DNA of 64,000 bases from Candidatus Hikarchaeum yamanae (GCA_009889635.1 WTZQ01000003.1:5251-69250), one strand, 5' to 3'. Shown: positions 27,558 through 37,850, counted from the stretch's first letter. Notes: generated by a model not told the origin, from the sequence alone. Numbers and translations are program-made.

Positions 27558-28601
27558 CTACCTCCTCAGTCCCATTCCCATTGTCTTATCTGTTAAATTC
27601 ATACTTTCCTCCTGGCCACATTCATTAACTATGGCCCGAATCGCATCTATATTTTCAGGAACCACGTCTGCTTCTTGGTGTATGGCCTGGAATAAATACA
27701 CCTCTTTACTTTTAACCGAAACCGATTCTTCCCACACACAATTTTCCCATAAATCCCCTCGTGGTCGTTCCAGATCTAGAGCCAACTCCTTAAGTCCTGC
27801 AATCCCCTTTATTCCTTCTTCCTCTGCAACCATGTGGATTCTAGACTCACCTGATAACAATCTACACATATCTTCCTTGCTCGTATCTTTTTCCAATGCT
27901 ATGTTCACCACGTGGACGTGCATTAGCGTTGTAGGCACTTTCAAAGCAAGTGTATCTATGTTTATATTCGGAAGAACGCTCTTAACATCCGGTCCATGGT
28001 GAGATGGGAGGTATACTGGATCTAAGATCACATCATTAATTGGTCCTTTCCCAGGTTGGCCTGGGTCCGCCCCTCTCCGAATCAATGTAACGCGCACTTG
28101 GTCAATTCCGTATGTCTCTTCTATAGGAGTTAGCAACCTAGCCAATCCTGTTGAATTACATGAAACAACTCTCACCAAGTTCTTTCCAATTGAGTTTTCA
28201 AAGTTAGCCCTAGCATTAAAACTAGACTCTACTGAATCTTTTGCCTCACCCCCTTGTACTATCACCGGAGTTCTCATTCCCTTATACAATTCATAATTTC
28301 TAACTCCCACTCCCGAAGGGGTCGCATCCACTACTACATCTGCACTATCCCACATTTCTTCTACAGTACCTTCGAATTCGATACCTGCCTCTGCAAATGA
28401 TTTTTTTGATTCTTTAACCACGTACAATGGATATTTTTTCCCCCCTGCCGTTTTGGCTTCATGATTCGGTCTAGTTTTTGAAACTCCTACCAATTTCATG
28501 TCTGGCTGCTGGACCACTGCATCAGCAACCCGTTTGCCTATCGTGCCATACCCATTAACAGCAACATTGATCATATGTCCGATGTCCATTTCTATCGACA
28601 A
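27558..28601 (-). CDS. gap: glyceraldehyde-3-phosphate dehydrogenase, archaeal type II
   Basis: VAVNGYGTIGKRVADAV and active-site VSCNSTGL. Confidence 0.92.
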   Translation of the reverse strand: MSIEMDIGHMINVAVNGYGTIGKRVADAVVQQPDMKLVGVSKTRPNHEAKTAGGKKYPLYVVKESKKSFAEAGIEFEGTVEEMWDSADVVVDATPSGVGVRNYELYKGMRTPVIVQGGEAKDSVESSFNARANFENSIGKNLVRVVSCNSTGLARLLTPIEETYGIDQVRVTLIRRGADPGQPGKGPINDVILDPVYLPSHHGPDVKSVLPNINIDTLALKVPTTLMHVHVVNIALEKDTSKEDMCRLLSGESRIHMVAEEEGIKGIAGLKELALDLERPRGDLWENCVWEESVSVKSKEVYLFQAIHQEADVVPENIDAIRAIVNECGQEESMNLTDKTMGMGLRR

Positions 28602-28685
28602 AACGATTTCGGGGCGATGTTTGTGGCATTTAGCTTCTACATTTCTTTAAAAAAGGCTATCTAAGTTGGTATTAATTATCCTAGT

Positions 28686-29636
28686 ATGTCCCTCAAACAA
28701 GCCTCTTTCATAGCACTTTCCCAGTGCATGGGACTCCAACAAGGAGAATCTTGCCTCATAATCACTGACTCTGTCTGTAAAGATATAGGGGAATGTCTCT
28801 ACGAGGTAGCTTTAGATCTAACCACCGACGTCACTCTATTACTTTACCCTCCTGGAAATCAACATGGAGAAGAGCCCCCTTCTGATGTGGCAGCCGCCAT
28901 GCTGGAATATGACGTTTTTCTAGCTGCAACTAGTAAAAGCATCACTCATACTATGGCTAGAACTGAAGCCACCAATTCTGGCTCTCGTGGTGCAACTTTG
29001 CCAGGAATAACCAAGGAAGTAATGATAAAAGGTCTGTGTTCCAACTATGGCGCAATCCGTTCAACGTGCGACGATTTAATCCGCACTCTCGAGGGCTCCA
29101 AAACAATCCGTCTAACATCCCATTCAGGAACCGACATTGAGTTCAATCTAGGTTCTCGCAGTTGGCACTCTGACCATGGTATAAATCACAATCCCGGAGA
29201 TTTTTCCAATTTACCTGCTGGAGAGATCTATATTAGTCCCCTAAGTGCAGATGGAAAATTTATAGTAGATGGTACTATGATGCCCCATGGACTTTTAAAA
29301 GAACCAATAGAATTTGAAGTCTCAGGTGGATATGTGACTTATATTTCTGATAACGACATTAAAAACCAAGTCGAAATCGCCGCAAAGGATGTTGGGAAAA
29401 ATGCGTATAATTTGGCAGAGCTAGGAATTGGAACCAACCTCGATGTTGTTGAATTAATTGGATCCGTTTTGCTAGATGAAAAAGCAGCAGGAACTGTCCA
29501 TGTGGCAATAGGGGATGACAAAGGAATTGGAGGCGATGTAGAAGCACCATTGCACCTCGATGGGATCATTCGAAACCCCACCCTTTATGCAGATGGAATT
29601 AAAATTAGTCTACCTTCTTCCTCAATACAACTGTAA
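28686..29636 (+). CDS. aminopeptidase-like protein (M29/AmpS-type, COG2309-like)
   Basis: 316 aa. NLPAGEIYISP and GTVHVAIGDD patterns recalled for this family. Confidence 0.5.
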   Translation: MSLKQASFIALSQCMGLQQGESCLIITDSVCKDIGECLYEVALDLTTDVTLLLYPPGNQHGEEPPSDVAAAMLEYDVFLAATSKSITHTMARTEATNSGSRGATLPGITKEVMIKGLCSNYGAIRSTCDDLIRTLEGSKTIRLTSHSGTDIEFNLGSRSWHSDHGINHNPGDFSNLPAGEIYISPLSADGKFIVDGTMMPHGLLKEPIEFEVSGGYVTYISDNDIKNQVEIAAKDVGKNAYNLAELGIGTNLDVVELIGSVLLDEKAAGTVHVAIGDDKGIGGDVEAPLHLDGIIRNPTLYADGIKISLPSSSIQL

Positions 29637-29642
29637 CAATTC

Positions 29643-30287
29643 ATGACTAATACCCACTCCAATCGCTGCCCTATTTGCTCTCCTATTATGGAACTCGATC
29701 ATACAATATTACATACTACTAAAGACACCCTCACTTTACAATGTCCGAATTGCAATTATGTCCATAAAAACCACATTCCATCTCCAAAATTAATCAATTG
29801 CAATGTTATCGTTTCTCAACATGAAGATTCTCTCTCAACTACAATCCCGCTCTCCCAAGACACCATTCTTCAACTGGGAGATGAATTCATAGTTGATACT
29901 GAAGAAGCCATTTTCGTCGTTACAATAACTTCTCTTGAATCTTTATCCTCTGCAAAACGTGTTGCAAAGACAACTGCACAGAATGTAAAAACCATATGGA
30001 CTCGGGCCATCGATAATGTTTATGTTAATGTAACCATTCATTCACTCGGGTCCGAAAGACATCAGAGCCGGAGTATGAAATTTGGAGTTCCAGGGGATTA
30101 TCTCTTCGAGATAGGGAAGATCACTACTTTGGATAATTCCTCATTTTTAATTGAAGGAATACATCTCCGCCAGGATCTCCAAAACAATCCGGTTCCCAAA
30201 CTTAAAAATAGAGGTGAAGCGGCGCTAGCAAAAGATATCAAACGCATATATGCTAGTGAACCAAAGTATTCCATTTCTTATAGATGA
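29643..30287 (+). CDS. zinc-ribbon protein of unknown function
   Basis: N-terminal CPICS...CPNCN ribbon; 214 aa; ATGA overlap with the first crcB gene. Confidence 0.5.
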   Translation: MTNTHSNRCPICSPIMELDHTILHTTKDTLTLQCPNCNYVHKNHIPSPKLINCNVIVSQHEDSLSTTIPLSQDTILQLGDEFIVDTEEAIFVVTITSLESLSSAKRVAKTTAQNVKTIWTRAIDNVYVNVTIHSLGSERHQSRSMKFGVPGDYLFEIGKITTLDNSSFLIEGIHLRQDLQNNPVPKLKNRGEAALAKDIKRIYASEPKYSISYR

Positions 30288-30685
30288 ACTCTTCGATTCA
30301 CCCTTTAAAAGAAATCCCTCCCCGTTTCGTAGATTCCATTGTGTTTCTCTCTTTAGGGGGATTTCTCGGAGCAACCACCAGATATGTTTCCACAATTCTC
30401 TTTCCCACTCTGTTTGCCACAATTTTTGTCAATACCCTTGGGAGTTTCTTCATAGGAATACTTTTTTATACAGGTACTTTTACCGAACGTTCCAATCCAA
30501 TGCTTCATTTTCTCTTGGTAATTGGATTCCTTGCATCATTCACTACGTATAGTACATTCGCTCTCGAAACTTTCCTCTCCCCTCGATTTGCTATGTTGAA
30601 CATTCTACTGACCTATATCTTGGGATTTGTTGGAGTATTATTTGGAAAATTTATCAGTCAAAAATTACAACAAGGGGGATTATGA
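30284..30685 (+). CDS. crcB: fluoride channel CrcB/Fluc, paralog 1
   Basis: GGFLGATTRY motif, 4 TM, 133 aa. Confidence 0.85.
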   Translation: MNSSIHPLKEIPPRFVDSIVFLSLGGFLGATTRYVSTILFPTLFATIFVNTLGSFFIGILFYTGTFTERSNPMLHFLLVIGFLASFTTYSTFALETFLSPRFAMLNILLTYILGFVGVLFGKFISQKLQQGGL

Positions 30686-31047
30686 TGCCCGATCTATACT
30701 CAATAGAAACTTTCGCTCTAGTTGGTATTGGCGGCGCATTTGGGGCCCTCGCAAGATATGCTGTAATTCGAGTTGTCCCATCTCAAAACTTTCCCGTGGG
30801 CACTTTCATAGTGAATGTGATTGGTAGTTTCATACTGGGTGCATTTACATTTTCTAATAGCTCCTCGGGAATTCTCCTTATGGTGGGGGTGGGAATCTGC
30901 GGATCTTTCACTACCTTTTCAACATTCTCCCTTGATACCGTCCGCCTAATTGAAGAAAACAATCTATTGTATGCGGCTATCAACTCTATAGGAACTCTTA
31001 CTGCATCCCTATTCGCAATTTTACTCGCCTGGGTCGTCTTTCTCTGA
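30682..31047 (+). CDS. crcB: fluoride channel CrcB/Fluc, paralog 2
   Basis: GIGGAFGALARY and GSFTTFSTF motifs; 121 aa; 4-nt overlap with paralog 1. Confidence 0.88.
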   Translation: MMPDLYSIETFALVGIGGAFGALARYAVIRVVPSQNFPVGTFIVNVIGSFILGAFTFSNSSSGILLMVGVGICGSFTTFSTFSLDTVRLIEENNLLYAAINSIGTLTASLFAILLAWVVFL

Positions 31048-31064
31048 GTGCGGTCTTTACTCTT

Positions 31065-32249
31065 CTATTCCAACTTTCTGTATGTTTCTTCCAGTCCTGC
31101 TTTTACATCTATTGTGGCCCCTTCCTTTTGAAGAGCACTCCCAAATGCCATCATGAAATAAGAAATATTATGTGCATTTGCAGAATGCCCCATACAACCA
31201 ACTCTAAATATTTTCCCACTCAAATCTCCGAGACCTCTTGCAATCTCTAAGTTATATTTCTGAAGAAGTATCTTTACCACATTTATATCATTCACACCCT
31301 CTGGAACTCGAATCGCGTTAAGACTTGGAAGCCAATATTCCGCTTTTGAATTCATTTCTATGCCCATTGCTTCCACACCTGATTTTAGCGCGGATGCCAA
31401 TCCAAGATGTCGTTCCCATCTATTCTCTATGCCTTCTTCATTTACTAACCTAAGTGCTTCTCTTATTGCATATATGCTTGTTATCGGAGCGGTGTGATGG
31501 TATGTCCTATCGTCACCCCAATATCCATTCAAAAGACCTAAATCTAAATACCACGATCTGCAAAGCGTTTCTCTCTTCTCTATTTTCTCCAGAGCACTCT
31601 CATTCAACGTTAATGGACTTGCCCCCGGAGGGCAGGAAAGACATTTTTGCGCCCCTGAATATGCAACATCAATGCCCCATTTATCCACTTCCAGTTCCAC
31701 CCCACCCAAAGATGTAACTGTATCTGCAATGACAATGGCCTCATTTTCATGTGCAATAGAAGTTAATTCTTCGACGGAGTGTTGAAGTGCCCCCGTACTC
31801 GTTTCGGCATGCACAAATGCAAACACATCTGGGGAATTTTCTTCAAAGGCACGGGAAACTTCTTCGACTTGTAGCGGCTCTCCCCAGGGGGCATCTACAT
31901 AAACTATTTCCCCACCGGCTCGCATTGCCATTGATTCCATTCTCTTTCCAAAATACCCATTAGTCGGAACTAACACAGTGTCTCCTGGTTCAACTACGTT
32001 TGCAAAAGCAGCCTCCATCGCGGCAGACCCTGTACCACTTACTGGGATTGTATATTCATTTTTTGTTCGGAACGTATATCTAAGCAATTCTTGTGTCTCT
32101 TCCATAATTTGAAGGAAATAAGGATCCAAGTGCCCTACTAATGGAGTACTCATAGCTCGCAATACTCTTGGATGGACATTACTCGGACCTGGTCCCATCA
32201 ATATTCTGGTAGGGGGATTTAAATCGTCTATCTGCAAATTTTTAGTCAT
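31065..32249 (-). CDS. class V aminotransferase (serine-pyruvate / alanine-glyoxylate type)
   Basis: 394 aa. SGAQKCL PLP-lysine motif; LMGPGPSNVHPRV N-terminus. Confidence 0.85.
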   Translation of the reverse strand: MTKNLQIDDLNPPTRILMGPGPSNVHPRVLRAMSTPLVGHLDPYFLQIMEETQELLRYTFRTKNEYTIPVSGTGSAAMEAAFANVVEPGDTVLVPTNGYFGKRMESMAMRAGGEIVYVDAPWGEPLQVEEVSRAFEENSPDVFAFVHAETSTGALQHSVEELTSIAHENEAIVIADTVTSLGGVELEVDKWGIDVAYSGAQKCLSCPPGASPLTLNESALEKIEKRETLCRSWYLDLGLLNGYWGDDRTYHHTAPITSIYAIREALRLVNEEGIENRWERHLGLASALKSGVEAMGIEMNSKAEYWLPSLNAIRVPEGVNDINVVKILLQKYNLEIARGLGDLSGKIFRVGCMGHSANAHNISYFMMAFGSALQKEGATIDVKAGLEETYRKLE

Positions 32250-32300
32250 ATTCTGTCTAATATTTCCACATCTGCAACCAAAACTCCATTGAATCTTTTT

Positions 32301-33815
32301 TTACATTGAAAGAGATGTTTCAGTTAAATTTTCTGCAAGCTTGGAGAACTTCGAAAGATACTCTTTACGCTCTTCTTTCAATGACCCTAAAATCCCACTG
32401 TAATCCTCAAAATAATCTGGTGGGTAGAACTCTTTTATATCCATTCCATTCACATATAGTGGAATGCTTAATCCTATCTTATCATCCCTTTTCCATTCTA
32501 TATCCCCTTTGGCTATTTCTCGTAAAATTGCCACGCTGTGTTCTATTTCAACCGACCTCGAATCTACATTCCCAACCTTTCCTGTATTAATTATAAAACA
32601 CTCTACTTCTGCTTGCTTTATCAGTTCTAAAAATCTATTGCCCTCCTCTCCTTTGGAACCAATTATGAACGGGTTCGTTCCCACAACCCGGATGGGTTCT
32701 CCAGCCTTCGTAGGATCTCCCGCGCTTGTCTCAATTGACTCACCAAGCATGAATGCGGCGGCTGCTTCTTCTTCTGTCAATTTAGCTACAGGTGGCATTA
32801 ATGGATTCCTCGTGATGAAAAATATTTGGTGCGCCTCTTCCAGATCAATACTATCTGCGGCATTTGGCAAGTCGGAACGCAAAATAGATGCCCTCCCATT
32901 ATCTGTCAAATTTCCATCATAAAAATCCACATCTCCTGACTTTCCCACGGCAACGTTTTCCAAAACCGCATCATCAGAAATGGTGGCGTCATAGATCTCT
33001 GGCTGGTCTTCTTTAGATAATCCAATAGTTTTAATATATAATCCGCCCCCTTCACTCCCTGCAACCAACCCATCTGGGAACAATGCACAGACATCATCCT
33101 GGACCAAATTTGCATTTTCAGCACCAGTAAGGCCAAACCCATGGCACGTAAGTGTCGTCTTCCCCGTGGCACTTAAGCCCATGAAGATCTGCCCAACTCG
33201 CCTTTCCCCCACTTTCGTGTTTATACAAACTTGTTTGGTCCCTGCATGCAATCCTAACCCATTTCTCTGCTTGGCGTAATACATAAACATCCTCAAAAAT
33301 GATTTTTTTGCCTCCCCTGTATAATCACTTCCTAGTACATATGTCACACCATCCTCTGGAAATATTCTTATTCGGGTTTCTTCCCAATCTGGAATGTGTA
33401 CTGTACATAAATCGGGATCCTCTCCGTTACTTGGTTCAAGCAAAGTCGCCCAAGAAAGTGCAATCCTCGCGTATTTTTTAGGAACGAACAATCTGCACGT
33501 AAACGATAATCTTGGATGGCTGCCCATCTTTCTATCAATACAAACAAAAGGCTCTGAGAAAACTCGCTCTACAGCATTGAAGATGTGAGTTTCATCATCA
33601 CTATCAAATTCATCATCTATATTGTTCTTTGTCTTACTCGAACTCCGAGACCTAATCTCACTAACATAGTTTGGACTCCCATATTCTGTAGCCTGTTCTA
33701 ATTCTTCAGAAAATCGACGCAAATCCTCGAACGTGGGATTATAAATAATATTACTCGCGTCGATGCTTGGAAACTTATGTTTCATTCTATATCCTCTTAC
33801 GGCGAACTCCGGCAA
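32301..33815 (-). CDS. pckA: phosphoenolpyruvate carboxykinase (ATP)
   Basis: GLSATGKTTL kinase-1a motif in a PckA-like context. The start may be the ATG at 33785 (MKHKF...). Confidence 0.88.
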   Translation of the reverse strand: MPEFAVRGYRMKHKFPSIDASNIIYNPTFEDLRRFSEELEQATEYGSPNYVSEIRSRSSSKTKNNIDDEFDSDDETHIFNAVERVFSEPFVCIDRKMGSHPRLSFTCRLFVPKKYARIALSWATLLEPSNGEDPDLCTVHIPDWEETRIRIFPEDGVTYVLGSDYTGEAKKSFLRMFMYYAKQRNGLGLHAGTKQVCINTKVGERRVGQIFMGLSATGKTTLTCHGFGLTGAENANLVQDDVCALFPDGLVAGSEGGGLYIKTIGLSKEDQPEIYDATISDDAVLENVAVGKSGDVDFYDGNLTDNGRASILRSDLPNAADSIDLEEAHQIFFITRNPLMPPVAKLTEEEAAAAFMLGESIETSAGDPTKAGEPIRVVGTNPFIIGSKGEEGNRFLELIKQAEVECFIINTGKVGNVDSRSVEIEHSVAILREIAKGDIEWKRDDKIGLSIPLYVNGMDIKEFYPPDYFEDYSGILGSLKEERKEYLSKFSKLAENLTETSLSM

Positions 33816-33894
33816 TTCACCTAGATATCATTAGATATTTCTTTTTTGGTATTTATTGACTCCGCTATCGATCGCACCGTGTCACTAATAGGCA

Positions 33895-34455
33895 TTATTC
33901 CTTCCATTTAATCCCGCACCCTATTGAAGGAGACACAGTCCCCTTCCATTTTTTCCCTTTCAAACATGCATCAATAACCTCTTTCATTTCGTGTTTTTTT
34001 GGCACATCATCTGGATTTGTTGCATCGTCCAGTCTCCCATGGTATACTAGCACGAATTTACTCCCTTTTACAACAAACAAAAATGGATCAGGAGTGCACT
34101 CTGCCCCATAATCCCTTGCAACAGTTTGGTCACCGTCATATAGGTAATAATCATATGAAATTTTTCCACTTTCAACCCACTCGGTCATCATTTCAAGCGA
34201 ATCTTCAGGGTATGCTTCCATATCATTTGAACTAATTCCAACAACCGCCATTTCTGAATACTCCTCTGCCAATTCGTTAAGAACCGGGATTTTTGCTTGG
34301 GCATACGGACAATGATTGCACGTAAAACAAACCAGGAGTAGTTTATAATAGACAAAATCCTCTAGGGTGTGTTGATTTCCATCTGTACCAATCAATTTAA
34401 ACGCAGGGGCTTCACTACCAATTTTTAGTACTTCATTCGACTCTGAAAGGACCAT
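33895..34455 (-). CDS. thioredoxin-fold (redoxin/TlpA-like) protein
   Basis: FTCNHCPYAQ CxxC motif in a 186-aa thioredoxin-like fold. Confidence 0.7.
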   Translation of the reverse strand: MVLSESNEVLKIGSEAPAFKLIGTDGNQHTLEDFVYYKLLLVCFTCNHCPYAQAKIPVLNELAEEYSEMAVVGISSNDMEAYPEDSLEMMTEWVESGKISYDYYLYDGDQTVARDYGAECTPDPFLFVVKGSKFVLVYHGRLDDATNPDDVPKKHEMKEVIDACLKGKKWKGTVSPSIGCGIKWKE

Positions 34456-34495
34456 ATCTTATAATTTCACTTAAACCTTACAAACTTTCTGAATC

Positions 34496-36226
34496 TCATT
34501 TCTTCCATTTTGGATCATTCAATTTTCGTTGGAATACTCGTTCTCCAAATTTAATATCAAGCTCCCTGTATGCAACCAACTCACTCCTCCTTTTTGTAGA
34601 AGCTATGATTTCTTCTATAGCCAATTCTATCGTAGGTTTTGCTATCAAATTTGGCATTGGCTGATACTCCTCCCCACTTTGTTCTTTATCTATGCCTTCA
34701 ATTCTAATTCCACCTTCTATTGGTACTATTGTCTTTGCAATATGGGTGGAAAAAACCCCCATTGATTCTCCCCGATCTGCGAGATGCAAAACCCATCTAA
34801 GTATCTCTGGTGCATCCTTCATCCCAGTCACCATCTCTATTTCATCAACTAGTAACAATGTCTTTTTCTCCTCCACAATTGGAGGGACCATTGACTTCAA
34901 CATTTCTCTCGCTTCTGCTATTTTCTGTTTCCCCGAACATTTTTGCAATATGATCGAATCAAATAATCCCACCTCTGCATATTCTGCAGGAACTGGAAGT
35001 CCCATATTCGATAGTACTGTGATATGAAATACCGTGTCTAACAATGTGGTCTTCCCACTCCCTGCCCTCCCCGTCAACACGGCGAGTCTCTCACTTTCCA
35101 CTTGGGGCTGAGTTTCAGACGTCCCGATAGTATAATTTATTGGCGTTACTTCCTCCCTCTGCGAACTCAACATAGATAAATTCCGTCCTTTTTTGACCTT
35201 TACACACAAGATGTCTTTTTTCACTATCGGCTTAGACATGTCAAAATGCAGTGCAAAGAGAGCCAACGATAGATAAAACGCAATTTTGTCAATTGTCTCA
35301 ATGGATTTGTTTATGTCGCCCCTTGACCTTTCAATAAATTCTCGATTCTCTTCATCCAATTTTCTTTTTTCTTCATCAATTTCACCTCGAAATTTAGTTT
35401 TTAATTTTCTAATTATTTCTAATATAAACTCATCTGCTTCTATCAATTCTTCCACTTCTATATCTCTTATTAGACTCCCGTCGATTCCCGTTTTTCTAGT
35501 TAGGGACGCATATACTTCTTCTTTAAACTCTATGAAACCACTAACATTCTTTTTCTTGATATCTTCTATAATTTGGTAGACCTCCTCTTCCATCTGGACC
35601 AAACTCTCGATACTCTCTATAGGTGGCCTTATTCTTTCAGCATCCACTTCAAGGGGAGTCTGCTTCAACTGATTCATGGCCCTTTCAACTTTCTTCAGAG
35701 TCTCTATGTTCAAAGTTTCTATTTCTTGAAAAACACCACCCAAATTCCCCATGTCATATAAAAATGTAGAAATCCCCACCGTGGTTCGCCCGATTCCCTC
35801 TACATCATCGCACCACTTCAAACGCTCCAATATCATTTTTCTATTCTCTTCTGGCAGCAATTTCCATGCCTCAACTGTGTCAAAAATTAAATCAAGCTGT
35901 TCATTAATCAAACCAATCGATGACATCGGGGCTAAAATTTTTATCTTATTTTTTACCCTCGAAGACACAGAAAATTTTTGCACTATTTCAAGTATATTTT
36001 TATACCCATTTCTAGAATCCACCGATCCAAAAGCATCTATATTCTTCCCCTCTCCCACTCTTCTCAATATGGACACTATTCTTCCAAGACCAACTCCTGT
36101 GGACAACAAGGAATCAAAGTCCGAGTAAAGAACTGCCCGTTGAGCCCCATCCACCCCTAATTTATCTTCAAATTTTTCCCTAGTCTTAGGTCCAATCCCC
36201 CAATACCTCTCAAGTTCCAATCCCAT
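34496..36226 (-). CDS. MutS-family ATPase lacking the mismatch-binding domain, with N-terminal HhH
   Basis: WGIGPKTREKF (HhH); Walker A TGRAGSGKTTLL; Walker B LLLVDEIE; FSTH. E/K-rich helical middle region. Confidence 0.7.
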   Translation of the reverse strand: MGLELERYWGIGPKTREKFEDKLGVDGAQRAVLYSDFDSLLSTGVGLGRIVSILRRVGEGKNIDAFGSVDSRNGYKNILEIVQKFSVSSRVKNKIKILAPMSSIGLINEQLDLIFDTVEAWKLLPEENRKMILERLKWCDDVEGIGRTTVGISTFLYDMGNLGGVFQEIETLNIETLKKVERAMNQLKQTPLEVDAERIRPPIESIESLVQMEEEVYQIIEDIKKKNVSGFIEFKEEVYASLTRKTGIDGSLIRDIEVEELIEADEFILEIIRKLKTKFRGEIDEEKRKLDEENREFIERSRGDINKSIETIDKIAFYLSLALFALHFDMSKPIVKKDILCVKVKKGRNLSMLSSQREEVTPINYTIGTSETQPQVESERLAVLTGRAGSGKTTLLDTVFHITVLSNMGLPVPAEYAEVGLFDSIILQKCSGKQKIAEAREMLKSMVPPIVEEKKTLLLVDEIEMVTGMKDAPEILRWVLHLADRGESMGVFSTHIAKTIVPIEGGIRIEGIDKEQSGEEYQPMPNLIAKPTIELAIEEIIASTKRRSELVAYRELDIKFGERVFQRKLNDPKWKK

Positions 36227-36240
36227 TTCTTATTCTGTGT

Positions 36241-36450
36241 TCACTTTTCTTTCCGGACGGGAAAACTAAATTCACCTCCGTTCAATTTCCATCTCCATAG
36301 ATCGTACCCAAACGCCAACATCCCGACTATAATCAATCCAATTCCCCACCTTAATTCTCCGTTCAACAATGAGTTTATGCCGAACAGAAAAAACACTGCA
36401 TCCAGTGCCCATTGCCACCATTTCACGTTTTCTACTGGGATCTTAGCCAT
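36241..36450 (-). CDS. small membrane protein (2 TM)
   Basis: 69 aa, Trp-rich, two helices; 14 nt upstream of the MutS-like gene. Confidence 0.4.
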   Translation of the reverse strand: MAKIPVENVKWWQWALDAVFFLFGINSLLNGELRWGIGLIIVGMLAFGYDLWRWKLNGGEFSFPVRKEK

Positions 36451-36459
36451 TTTCCAACC

Positions 36460-36699
36460 TCACTCCGTCTCCCCGTGATGGTGCCTAAAAGTCTCCACTG
36501 CCAACTGAATTTCCCCTGCATTTGCACTATTTTTTGTACCAATTCGGTGACAGATACGACTCCAGCGTATATTTTGTTCCACTTCCCACATTTGGTCAAT
36601 ATCGTGCATTATCTGTATTCCTTTTTCTTTATCCCCTCCTATCGTTTCTTCATAAAATTCATAATCTTCACCACAAACCGGACAATTTTTTGCTCCCAT
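36460..36699 (-). CDS. small CPVCG-containing protein, unknown
   Basis: 79 aa; N-terminal CPVCG, later ICH and HHH; 9 nt upstream of the 69-aa gene. Confidence 0.4.
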   Translation of the reverse strand: MGAKNCPVCGEDYEFYEETIGGDKEKGIQIMHDIDQMWEVEQNIRWSRICHRIGTKNSANAGEIQLAVETFRHHHGETE

Positions 36700-36769
36700 A
36701 CTTCCCCCTTTGGACTTCCTCCAACTTAAGTCGATTTTCTCCCAATTAGTTTAGATAATTAGCAAACTT

Positions 36770-36777
36770 CTTATCAA
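36770..36777 (+). promoter_or_regulatory. TATA-like box (CTTATCAA) for the Mrp/ApbC gene; near-leaderless
   Basis: About 30 nt upstream of the ATG at 36801. Confidence 0.35.
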
Positions 36778-36800
36778 ACATGTGACATATATTTGTCTAC

Positions 36801-37850
36801 ATGGATGCGCAAGAAGTCCAGGATTTACTTAGTTCTATTCCCGATCCGCGCCTTGGAAATGACATAGTCTCTCTCGGATTGGTTAATTCTATAACCATCG
36901 AAGAATCTACAATCAAAATATCCCTTGTTCTGGGGGCTCCTTACTCCACCGAAGAACGATCAATAGCCAAACAAATTAGAGATTTATTTTCAAATTCCAA
37001 ATTTGAAGTGGAAATATCTGCGCGATCCGAAAAAAATGTTTCACCCGAGGACGACCTTTTACCCACTGTCAAGAACGTAATCGCAGTAGCGTCCGGAAAA
37101 GGTGGGGTAGGAAAATCTACTGTTTCTGTAAATCTTGCCACCGAATTGGCGAGACTTGGCGCCAGAGTGGGCCTGTTCGATGCTGATGTTTATGGCCCAA
37201 ATACTCCTCGGATGATCGGCCACACGGACGAACCCCTTGAAACAAAAGATGGGAAAATCCAACCTCCTGAACAATTTGGAGTAAAATTCATTAGTCTAGG
37301 CCTTCTTGTCGGGGAAAATGACCCTGTAATCTGGAGGGGGCCTATGGTTCATAAAATAATTTCACAGTTACTTTCGGATGTAAATTGGGGTTCATTGGAC
37401 TATTTAATCATAGACTTGCCACCTGGAACGGGGGATGCCCAGTTGACCCTACTTCAAATTGTATCCGTAACTGGGGCCGTGATAGTCACCACGCCACAAT
37501 CGGTTGTCCTTGACGATGCCGAAAAAAGCCTTAAAATGTTTGATACACATGGAACTCCTATTTTGGGGTTAGTAGAAAATATGAGTGGATTTTTGTGCCC
37601 CTCTTGCAACACCGTCCACGACCTGTTTGGAACGGGAACTTCCGAGATATTTGCAAATGAATTGGAACTCCCATTCCTCGGACGAATTCAATTGGACCCT
37701 CTTGTTAGGAAGGGATCTGACGACGGATTTCCTGCCGTCCTCAATCCTGATTCAATAGCCCAGTCAGATTTTCAGACAGTTTGCCAAAATATAATCAATA
37801 ATGTAGGTGCATTAACCCGAAAATTACATTCTGATAATTGTGCAGATTAA
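36801..37850 (+). CDS. Mrp/NBP35/ApbC-family Fe-S cluster carrier ATPase
   Basis: N-terminal DUF59-like region, deviant Walker A VASGKGGVGKST, CPSC motif. Confidence 0.9.
   Translation: MDAQEVQDLLSSIPDPRLGNDIVSLGLVNSITIEESTIKISLVLGAPYSTEERSIAKQIRDLFSNSKFEVEISARSEKNVSPEDDLLPTVKNVIAVASGKGGVGKSTVSVNLATELARLGARVGLFDADVYGPNTPRMIGHTDEPLETKDGKIQPPEQFGVKFISLGLLVGENDPVIWRGPMVHKIISQLLSDVNWGSLDYLIIDLPPGTGDAQLTLLQIVSVTGAVIVTTPQSVVLDDAEKSLKMFDTHGTPILGLVENMSGFLCPSCNTVHDLFGTGTSEIFANELELPFLGRIQLDPLVRKGSDDGFPAVLNPDSIAQSDFQTVCQNIINNVGALTRKLHSDNCAD

Noticed and set aside
30200-30290. Fluoride riboswitch upstream of crcB
   Set aside because: crcB-1 overlaps the preceding CDS by 4 nt, so there is no non-coding leader to hold a riboswitch.
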